A stretch of DNA of 64,000 nt, from the NCBI GenBank assembly GCA_007376135.1, contig VMFR01000001.1:77290-141289 (forward strand), in the 5' to 3' direction. Shown here piece after piece: positions 56,684-64,000 of this stretch; position 1 is the first letter of the stretch; every line of letters starts with the position of its first letter. The DNA is from Parcubacteria group bacterium Gr01-1014_31. GTDB taxonomy: Bacteria; Patescibacteriota; Patescibacteriia; Buchananbacterales; GWA2-38-13. The notes under the pieces were generated by a model. It was not told the origin of the DNA and ran no database searches. It worked only from the letters and a program-made list of their open reading frames with translations. The position numbers were made by a program, and so were the translations under genes.

Positions 56684-57685
56684 TTACTTTTTGAGCGGGT
56701 GGAAGCGGCGGTGCGTGGTTTCCGCGTAGCGGTCCGAGGCGTGTACGTAGCGGGTAGTCGTATCCAGCGATTCGTGGCCCAAAAGTATCTGGATCGCCGC
56801 TGGATTGGCGCCGCTCTCGGCCAGATACGTCGCAAAGGCATGGCGGATGGAGTGGGCCGAGAGCGGGACGTTGATGCCGAGCAGTTCGCGGTAGTGTTTT
56901 ACTTTTGCCTGAACGTAATTGGGGGAAATTTTTTTATCCTTTTTCCCGGCATTGCGACCGCGGTACGGCACGAACAAAAAGGGTGACGGGCTGGTTCCGC
57001 GCTGTCGCTGATAGTTCTCCAGGTGCCGCTTCGCACGGTCGGTGAGGTACACGAACCGTTCTTTTTTCCCCTTGCCGCGGATGAAGATCCTGCCCTGGCG
57101 GTCGATCTGCTCCAGCCGCAGGCCGATGAGTTCCGAGATACGCATGCCAGTGGAAAAGAGAACTTCTAACATCGCCCGATTGCGCGCTGCGGCACTTTTG
57201 TTCTTTTCGAATTTTGATGGCGCTTCGATCAGGCGCACAATATCCTCGAATTCACCCACGCGCGGGTGCTTGCGCTCGGTCTTGACCAGCGTCACCGCAT
57301 CCGGGGGCACGGGCGAGGGGTGGTCGTTGTCGATCAGGAATTTAAGGTAGCTGCGGAGGGCCGAGAGCATCCGGTTGATTGAAAAGCTGACTAACCGCGA
57401 TTGTCCATCCTGTGATCCCGGCGTCTTTCGGTCTTGGGAGGTAAGATACGCCTTGTAATAAAGAATAATTTTTTTGTCGACGCGATCAAATGGTATGTTG
57501 CTTCCTCCTAAGAACGCCTGGAACACTTCCAGATCCCGTTCGTAGTTATATACAGTTTCTTGCGAGTAGTTGTCCGTCTGGAGGTGCAACAGGTAGTCAT
57601 CCAAATGGGGGAGGGCAGTCACGGCGTTTTTGGCGCTCATAGAGGCATTCGCGTGTGAATAATTAAAACATCGTTCCGTCATCAA
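56684..57685 (-). CDS. tyrosine site-specific recombinase (XerC/XerD-like integrase)
   Basis: C-terminus 'HSIRHAFATYLAESGANPAAIQILLGHESLDTTTRYVH' has the catalytic R..HxxR..Y. N-terminal SAM-like domain 'ETVYNYERDLEVFQAFL'. Confidence 0.8.
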   Translation of the reverse strand: MMTERCFNYSHANASMSAKNAVTALPHLDDYLLHLQTDNYSQETVYNYERDLEVFQAFLGGSNIPFDRVDKKIILYYKAYLTSQDRKTPGSQDGQSRLVSFSINRMLSALRSYLKFLIDNDHPSPVPPDAVTLVKTERKHPRVGEFEDIVRLIEAPSKFEKNKSAAARNRAMLEVLFSTGMRISELIGLRLEQIDRQGRIFIRGKGKKERFVYLTDRAKRHLENYQRQRGTSPSPFLFVPYRGRNAGKKDKKISPNYVQAKVKHYRELLGINVPLSAHSIRHAFATYLAESGANPAAIQILLGHESLDTTTRYVHASDRYAETTHRRFHPLKK

Positions 57686-57773
57686 AAAAAGATTCGATCA
57701 ATGTCCGCGCAGTACGTCAACAAGTTTCAGAATGATAGGACGTCAGGAGGTGCAGGTAGAAAGTCCCTTAGTA

Positions 57774-57786
57774 GGGGGGGGGGGGG
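57774..57786. repeat. homopolymeric G13 (C13 on minus) tract
   Basis: 'tagtaggggggggggggtgagg'. Lies about 90 nt upstream of the recombinase start on the minus strand, within a ~30% GC region. Confidence 0.85.
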
Positions 57787-57874
57787 TGAGGCGAAGGAAG
57801 AGGTGAATTATTGTCTCTCCGTATTTTAAGTGAGTGTAAGAGATATTATACTCATTAACTTATTTCATTTTATA

Positions 57875-57908
57875 TTGACGGCTAAGGTGCCGTCAATGAT
57901 GTTTTTTT
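57875..57908 (+). terminator. intrinsic terminator-like hairpin in AT-rich islet
   Basis: ttgacggc-taaggt-gccgtcaa followed by tgatgttttttt. Confidence 0.5.
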
Positions 57909-58102
57909 GGCTTATTTTAGCCAACTGTGGATAACTTTAGTCCCCCGATTTCTATCCACTATTTTTATTATTATTGTGTTTATACAATGTTGGACGCCCA
58001 AATGATTATTTGAAATAAGAATTTTAAAAAAACATTTCAGATCAAGATCTTCCACTTTCTATTTTCTATGCCCGCTTCCGTTCTTATTTTTTCTTATACT
58101 AC

Positions 58103-58516
58103 TTACCTATAGACCTTACCAAAGTAAAACGTTCTCAAATACGAGAGCGCCAGAAACGCCAGTGCCGCCTGGATGATATCGATGAGGCTAATGCCGTCTT
58201 TTGAGGCGAGCGTCGGCACCACGACTATGGCCATGGCCGTTAAAAACGATATGGCATCGTGCAGCATGGCATCCCGGTAGCTGATGACGATAGTCTCGGT
58301 CTCTTCTCCCTGGACCCTGTGCCGCCGGATGATCGATCGGTCGCGGCTGAATGCCAAGATCATTCCCGCTAAAAATATCAGTGGCGGCGTGATATTACGA
58401 ATGATTTCTAAGGCGCCCTCAAGCTGATGGTAATAGGTTATGTAGAGGATAAAACCCGCGATCAGGTTGATCCACAGTAAGCCGCGGATGATATCGGCGG
58501 GCTTTTGGTCCGGCAT
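58103..58516 (-). CDS. hypothetical membrane protein (lower GC)
   Basis: 137 aa with about 4 TM helices. GC near 48%. Confidence 0.4.
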   Translation of the reverse strand: MPDQKPADIIRGLLWINLIAGFILYITYYHQLEGALEIIRNITPPLIFLAGMILAFSRDRSIIRRHRVQGEETETIVISYRDAMLHDAISFLTAMAIVVVPTLASKDGISLIDIIQAALAFLALSYLRTFYFGKVYR

Positions 58517-58535
58517 AGATTAAGCGTCGCAAAAT

Positions 58536-59783
58536 AATTTATGGCAGGTATTCCAATGGGTTGGCCGGAATGCTATTGACGCGGACTTCGAAATGCAAAT
58601 GGGCACCGGTGGTGAGCGGGCCAGCTCCGCGAGTTCCCGGAGCGCCGCCGGAACGCGCGATCACCTGTCCCTTAGTCACGAATTGTTTTTCCTGGACATC
58701 GATACGCTAAACGTGGCCGTAGACGGTCGCGATGCCGTCGTTGTGGATGAGCATCACATAGCTGTAGCCACGCGCTCCCCCATCCTTCACCTTCGCTACA
58801 TATCCCGCCTCGGCGGCGTACACTTTTGATCCTTGTGGCGTACGGATGTCGATCGCTGGATGTTCAAAGATGTGACGGTACGGGTATTCGGGGTCGCGAA
58901 AATATGCGGTGATGTAGCGGCCGTCGGTCGGCCAGCGCAGGCGGGGCTTTCCGAGCGCATTAAAACGTTCCGACTCCTGGCGTCGCTCAAGTTCGGCCCT
59001 GATCTTCTTTTCGATGCCAACGATGTCGCTGTTGAGCTGCTGCTGTTCGAGTTTCAACTCCTGAACGTAGGACGAGAATTTTTTCTCTGAACGCTCGGTT
59101 TCCTTCAGCAGGTTCGCCTGATGTGCCGAGTGCTCCGTCAGGTCCTGCCGCTGATCTTCAAGCGTTGTTTTATACTGCTCTTGTTCGGTGCGTTTCGCGA
59201 CGAGCGCTTGCTGCTGTAACTCTAGTTCAGCCTGGAGATTTTTGAGTTTTTGGAGCGCTTGCTGTAAATGTTCCTGAACGTCCTGAAGGCGCTGGTAGTA
59301 ATCGAAAAAATCGGAAAAGGTTTCGTTGGTCACCATGATCTCCAGGTAACTGACCTGGTCGTTCTGGTAGATCAGTTGGAGCAACTGGCGCAGGCGTACG
59401 CGCTGTTCATCGATCTTCTCCCCCTGCGTTTCGATGTCTCCGGCGGTGCGCTGGATCTCCAGATTGGTTTTCGCGATTTGTTTTTTGGTCAGTTCGATAT
59501 CGAGCTCCTTCTTGGCGATATCGTTTTCCAGGAGTCGGAGTTGACCGCGCAACGTCGCCGATTCCTTTTGGGATTCCTTGATGCGCTGCTGGTACAGCTC
59601 GATGCGTTTTTTGATCTTTTCGATCTCCGATTTTCTATCTTCGATCTCCTGGTTATACCCGCTGACCGGGTCATTGGCTGCGACCGCCGGCAAGGATAGT
59701 AATATCAGCACCGTCAGGCAGGTCAAAAAAGCGCTCCCCCACCCCCACCAGCGGCGTCGCTTTATGTCGAGTCTACCCCCCAT
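58536..59783 (-). pseudogene. M23 peptidase (EnvC-like, N-terminal coiled coil) interrupted by an in-frame TAG
   Basis: The minus-strand ORF ends '...IATVYGHV' at TAG (58707-58709). The same frame continues '[55 protein letters not shown]', which carries the M23 HxH active-site block. Confidence 0.6.
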
Positions 59784-59792
59784 AGGAGAACG

Positions 59793-61223
59793 TTAGCTGA
59801 GAGCATTCGCCGCGCGCTTGAGACGCGCGACCGAGGTAGTTTTGCCGAGCACCGGCAGGATCTCGAACGGTCCCGGGCTGGCACGGCGGCCGCTCAGTGC
59901 CACGCGCAGCGGCCAAAGCGTTTCGCCATTGCCCCATTTCCGCTCCTCCATCATGCTTTTCACCGCGGTTTGCAGTCCGTCGGCGGTAAGGCGGTCGTCC
60001 GGGAGCCCCTCCAGCAGTCCGGTGAGTGCCATGAGTACGGTTTTGCAGTCTGCCGCCGTTTGGCTGCGCCAGGGTAGCATCGCGGGGTCCAACACGGGGT
60101 CGTCGAAGAAATATTGAACCAGGGGCGGGAGTTCGTCCAGACGTTTCAGGCGGCTCTGTTCGAGCGCGATCACACGTTGCACGAAGTCGCGCGGCGTTGA
60201 CGGTTTGAGTAGTCCAGCGGTTTGTAATACCGGGTAAGCCAATGCGACCAGTTGGTCGGTCGGTAGGTGGCGCAGATACATGCCGTTGATCCAATCCAGT
60301 TTTTCACGGTTAAATACCGCACCGCTTTTATTGACTCGTCCAAATGAGAATTTTTCGATCAATTCTTGAAGGCTGAACACCTCCTGCTCAGTGCCGGGGT
60401 TCCATCCCAGGAGCGCCACGAAATTCAGCAGGGCGTCGGGCAGATAGCCGGCTTCGCGGTACTCGTCCACGGCGACGTCGCCGGTACGCTTGGAAAGTTT
60501 GGAACGGTCCGGATTCAAAAGTAACGGCAGGTGAGCGAACGCCGGCGGCGTCCAGTCAAGGGCCTGGTAGAGTAAGATATGTTTTGGCATCGAGGGCAGC
60601 CACTCTTCACCCCGGACGACGTGCGTGATCTTCATTTCGTGATCATCAACGACCGACGCCAAATGGTACGTCGGGAAACCGTCCGTCTTCATCAGGATCT
60701 GGTCATCCAGAGTTGCCGCGTTGAAAAGAATGCGTCCGCGGATCAGGTCATCGCAGGCGATCGTCCCTACCTGTGGCATCGAGAAGCGGATTACCGACGG
60801 TTCCCCGGACGCCGGCGCGGTGTCGGTGCGCCCGCGACAGCGGCCGTCGTAGCGCATGGGAAGCTTTTTGGCCTCCTGGTCCCGTCGAAGCGATTCAAGC
60901 CGTTCCGCGGTGCAGGTGCAGCGATAGGCGTGTCCGGAGGCCAGCAGTTGTTCGGCGTAGCGCCGGTACAACGGCAGCCGCTCGGATTGGGTGACGGGTT
61001 CGTGGTCGAACGCAAGTCCGGCCCAACGCAAATTTTGGATGATATTCTCGACCGCGCCGGGCACTAGCCGTGCTTGGTCGGTGTCTTCAATGCGCAGCAA
61101 AAATTCGCCCTGCTGCTGGCGAGCATACAAAAAATTGTAGAGCGCGGTTCGCAGGCCGCCGATGTGCAGCTTGCCGGTCGGACTGGGCGAAAATCTAGTG
61201 CGTACGTTGGCCATGGGCGTCAA
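59793..61223 (-). CDS. gltX: glutamate--tRNA ligase
   Basis: 'RFSPSPTGKLHIGGLRTALYNFLYA' (HIGH) and 'KLSKR' (KMSKS-type) motifs. 476 aa. Confidence 0.9.
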   Translation of the reverse strand: MTPMANVRTRFSPSPTGKLHIGGLRTALYNFLYARQQQGEFLLRIEDTDQARLVPGAVENIIQNLRWAGLAFDHEPVTQSERLPLYRRYAEQLLASGHAYRCTCTAERLESLRRDQEAKKLPMRYDGRCRGRTDTAPASGEPSVIRFSMPQVGTIACDDLIRGRILFNAATLDDQILMKTDGFPTYHLASVVDDHEMKITHVVRGEEWLPSMPKHILLYQALDWTPPAFAHLPLLLNPDRSKLSKRTGDVAVDEYREAGYLPDALLNFVALLGWNPGTEQEVFSLQELIEKFSFGRVNKSGAVFNREKLDWINGMYLRHLPTDQLVALAYPVLQTAGLLKPSTPRDFVQRVIALEQSRLKRLDELPPLVQYFFDDPVLDPAMLPWRSQTAADCKTVLMALTGLLEGLPDDRLTADGLQTAVKSMMEERKWGNGETLWPLRVALSGRRASPGPFEILPVLGKTTSVARLKRAANALS

Positions 61224-62010
61224 TCAAAGCGTAAAAAGGGAAGAGGCAAACAGCAGCGATGATGCGCGGGAAACGGGACGGTTGGCGTCCGAGGCGGTAA
61301 AGCCATTCGAAGCCGTAGTTGCTGAGCCAGCGCGGCGCGCGCGGTATTCTTCCGGACCAATAATCGAACGCTCCACCCACGCCGATGGCCACCCGAATCC
61401 CGGGCAGATGCATCCGTTGGGCGTAGAGCAGGCGTTCCTGTCTCCCGTGCCCGAGCGCTACCAGCAGTACGTCAGGATGCGCCGACCGGATGCGGTCCAG
61501 GATCTCGCGTTTCGGATGTTCCGGGTCGTCAATGGTACCCCCGTCGTCCACGCCCACGATCCTCAACCCCGGGATCTGGGTGCGTAGGTTTTGCGCGGCG
61601 GCCGCGGCAACGCCCTCGCCCGCTCCCAGGAGGTACACCGCGCTGCCAAGAGACGCCGCTTCTCCGAGCAGGACATATGCCGCGTCAACGCCTGCGATGC
61701 GGATGCGGATGTGCTGGCGGAGCAGCCGGCCAATGGCGACAAGACCGTATCCGTCGGGAAGTGCCAGATCAGCCGCCTGTAATGCGGTGCGTAATCGTAG
61801 GTCGTTGCGGCTGGCCAGGAGCATCTCCGGGTTGGGGGTGGCTACCAGGCGGAAACGGTCACCGTTGAGGCAGCTGCGAAAATATCCGCGCAGTTCAGCC
61901 ATGTCCAGCTGGTGGAGTGGTATGCCGCAAAGGACTCCGGCAGGCTGCAGAGCGCTTACCTTAGCGGCTGCCGAGGGGGAATTCTGCGAGTTTGGCATAC
62001 TCTGGACCAT
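61195..62010 (-). CDS. WecB/TagA/CpsF-family (GT26) glycosyltransferase (start uncertain)
   Basis: 'LVATPNPEML', 'DGYGLV', 'YLLGAGEGVAAAAAQNL' and 'VGVDDG' are typical of WecG/TagA. Overlaps the gltX start. Confidence 0.7.
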   Translation of the reverse strand: MVQSMPNSQNSPSAAAKVSALQPAGVLCGIPLHQLDMAELRGYFRSCLNGDRFRLVATPNPEMLLASRNDLRLRTALQAADLALPDGYGLVAIGRLLRQHIRIRIAGVDAAYVLLGEAASLGSAVYLLGAGEGVAAAAAQNLRTQIPGLRIVGVDDGGTIDDPEHPKREILDRIRSAHPDVLLVALGHGRQERLLYAQRMHLPGIRVAIGVGGAFDYWSGRIPRAPRWLSNYGFEWLYRLGRQPSRFPRIIAAVCLFPFYALIDAHGQRTH

Positions 62011-62521
62011 CAGCGGTCAAAATGCTCTGATACAACGTCAGCATGGTAATGAGCTGTGGATTTGTATCGGTAGCAGAAAGCTCCGGAAGTTTGCCGACAG
62101 TACTTTTGACCCGTCCGAGCGTCACGTGCGGCAGCCATTGGTGCACGTCGCGCGGCAGTCCGAGGCTGGCAATGGTCGGCAGGAACGCACGACGGAGCCG
62201 AATGAGGTTTCCCGCAGGGTCGCCGCAGGGCAGAATGATGACCCTCGCCGGACCGGCAGGCGGCAACGTCGCCAACTTTTCCAGCGTTACCGCGAACGGC
62301 GAAGTACACCCGGCAATTTCTCGTCCTTGCGCGGCCATCGCGTTCGCCGCTTCACTGCCCACGTCGTTTCCCAAGAAGCGGAGGGTCAGATGCAGCTGGG
62401 CGGGATCAACCCAGCGGACCTTCCCTCGTGGAATTTGACCGGAAAGACGCTTGATCAAGTCAGCGGCAGATTGTACGCCTTTCAGCGGTAGCTCTGCGGC
62501 CAGGAAGCAACGCCAACCCAT
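61961..62521 (-). CDS. thpR: RNA 2',3'-cyclic phosphodiesterase (2H family, ThpR/LigT)
   Basis: Two HxT/S motifs: 'LHLTLRFLG' and 'PHVTLGRV'. Confidence 0.7.
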   Translation of the reverse strand: MGWRCFLAAELPLKGVQSAADLIKRLSGQIPRGKVRWVDPAQLHLTLRFLGNDVGSEAANAMAAQGREIAGCTSPFAVTLEKLATLPPAGPARVIILPCGDPAGNLIRLRRAFLPTIASLGLPRDVHQWLPHVTLGRVKSTVGKLPELSATDTNPQLITMLTLYQSILTADGPEYAKLAEFPLGSR

Positions 62522-62614
62522 AACTTAAAATAAAAATGTGCTAACAAGTGTAAAAATTATACCATGATTATTGGTTTTTCGCAATCCCGATACCGGAGGA
62601 GTTGCGGCAAGCTG

Positions 62615-62623
62615 CATGCTATA
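62615..62623 (+). promoter_or_regulatory. extended -10 element TGcTATACT upstream of LigB-like gene
   Basis: Same TGnTATACT form as the gap promoter. Sits in an AT-rich divergent intergenic region. Confidence 0.35.
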
Positions 62624-62652
62624 CTAAGAAGGCCGTTCACGGTCCCAGGACT

Positions 62653-63453
62653 ATGCCAATAGTGTTTTCCGCCATTGCCTCTCACTCCCCCCTTCTTTTG
62701 GAGCGCGTGGGAAAATCGAATCGACGGCGTCTGAAAACGACCCTCGAATCGTATGCTGAGCTCGAGCGGTTGTTGTATGCCGCCAAACCCGAAACGTTGG
62801 CCGTGATCTCGCCGCACGGTGACGTGTTGCCGGATGTGTTTAGCATCGGCCTGGCGCACCGTTTCACTGCCGATTTTTCGGCGTTCGGAGATTTTAGTGC
62901 ACAGCCGGAGTGGCGTGCAGATCCGGTCACGGCGCAGTCTTTACGGACGGCTGACGAGTCCTCGCGCCAGGTGCAGCCGCATATCTTAGGTACCCAGCGA
63001 ACGCTTGACCACGGCATCACGGTGCCGGCGGTACTGCTGACTCCGCACCTACCGAGTATTGCGCTTTTGCCGTTCCGTACCGCCGGGCTGGCGGCCACCG
63101 CCCATTGGCGGTTCGGCCAGCATATTGGTAGCGGCCTGCGCACCTCGCCGCGAAGGGTGGCGGTGATCGCTTCAGCCGATCTTTCGCACCGGTTGTCAAA
63201 AACATCACCCGCAGGTTTTTCACCGCAGGCAGCCGCTTTCGACCGTCAGCTTTTGGAATACGTTCGACGGGGTGATGCCGCCTCGGTCATCGGCCTGGAT
63301 CCGGCGTTGGCGGCGGCAGTCGCCTGCTGCGGCCATTTGCCGATCGCGTTCTTATTGGGGATCTTGGACGGCATGAATGTCACCCCATCCATCCTTAGCT
63401 ACGAGGGGCCGTTCGGCGTCGGGCATCTCATGGCCGCCTACCGTTTCGGCTAA
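62653..63453 (+). CDS. class III extradiol dioxygenase subunit B-like / MEMO1-family (AmmeMemoRadiSam system protein B-like)
   Basis: 'PIVFSAIASHSPLL...AVISPHGDVL' and 'DHGITVP' are typical of LigB/DODA/Memo-fold proteins. Confidence 0.55.
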   Translation: MPIVFSAIASHSPLLLERVGKSNRRRLKTTLESYAELERLLYAAKPETLAVISPHGDVLPDVFSIGLAHRFTADFSAFGDFSAQPEWRADPVTAQSLRTADESSRQVQPHILGTQRTLDHGITVPAVLLTPHLPSIALLPFRTAGLAATAHWRFGQHIGSGLRTSPRRVAVIASADLSHRLSKTSPAGFSPQAAAFDRQLLEYVRRGDAASVIGLDPALAAAVACCGHLPIAFLLGILDGMNVTPSILSYEGPFGVGHLMAAYRFG

Positions 63454-63459
63454 GTCGCT

Positions 63460-64000
63460 ATGGACCAAGCAATAGATGAGGGACGCACCATCGCCGAGCT
63501 GGTGCCGCTGCTGCGGTTGCCGCGCGGGCTCGGTCTTTTTGATTATCGCGTCCCGCCCGGCCTCAACGCCATCGTTCCCGGGCAATTGGTTGATGCCACG
63601 TTCCGCGGACGGCTTTGCCCGGCCGTCGTTTGGCGCCTGAAGCCGGAACCGCAGCCGTCGGCCTATCGCTATCAGCAGGTGCATGCGTTGCTTGTGCCTG
63701 AACCTTGGTTGACGGATGGGCAGCGGGTACTTGCCGAGTGGATGGCCGGCTACTATGCGCAATCGCTCGCCCTGGTGGTGAAGGCAATGACCCCAACTCC
63801 GACGTTACGTCCCCAAGATCTTCCTCCCCTTCCTCCGTTAGCCAACAATCACGCCGGTACCGGTTTTGTCGTCCCGACAGGATTTGCGGCGCTGCTGCAA
63901 CAGGATGAACTTTCGCTGCCCGCTCTGGCGGCGACGGTTGCAGCGGCATTTCGGGCCGACCGGCAGGCACTCCTGATCGTGCCCGAGGAAAACGACATCG
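63460..64000 (+). CDS. priA: primosomal protein N' (PriA), N-terminal part (continues past window end)
   Basis: 'IAELVPLLRLPRGLGLFDYRVPPGLNAIVPGQLVDATFRGRLCPAVVWRL' is the PriA N-terminal 3' DNA-binding domain. Confidence 0.7.
   Translation, partial: MDQAIDEGRTIAELVPLLRLPRGLGLFDYRVPPGLNAIVPGQLVDATFRGRLCPAVVWRLKPEPQPSAYRYQQVHALLVPEPWLTDGQRVLAEWMAGYYAQSLALVVKAMTPTPTLRPQDLPPLPPLANNHAGTGFVVPTGFAALLQQDELSLPALAATVAAAFRADRQALLIVPEENDI

Noticed and set aside
57690-58100. dif site (XerCD recombination site) in the AT-rich region beside the Xer-like recombinase.
   Set aside because: Several AT-rich imperfect palindromes exist (for example near 57960-58000), but none matches the 11-6-11 dif architecture well enough to call without a genome-wide scan.
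58593-58829. + strand 78-aa ORF overlapping the M23 peptidase amber-codon site.
   Set aside because: It overlaps the conserved M23 catalytic segment encoded on the minus strand, and its product has no recognisable features.

Overview
High-GC (~62%) bacterial chromosomal segment packed with housekeeping genes, many with 4-nt start/stop overlaps. Main blocks: gyrB (partial); an HrcA/CIRCE heat-shock block (hrcA-grpE, hsp20, dnaK, dnaJ); a Phe/Tyr terminal-pathway cluster (PDT-like gene plus a TyrA-PDT fusion); a tRNA-Glu locus flanked by complementary tRNA-like half fragments; a glycolysis block (gap-pgk-eno plus two tandem gpmI); a glycosyltransferase cluster; two mreB paralogs with mreCD-mrdA; aaRS genes (proS, lysS, serS, gltX); a cell-wall/division block (TGase-like, DegT, FemAB-like, ftsQ); a Xer-like tyrosine recombinase next to a low-GC AT-rich islet with a poly-G tract; and an M23 peptidase interrupted by an in-frame TAG. 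No CRISPR array or rRNA gene was seen. The short-form ProRS, EF-Ts and HrcA fit a small-genome, possibly CPR/Patescibacteria-like organism, but that is inference only. All calls rest on manual translation and motif recognition; no database searches were run.
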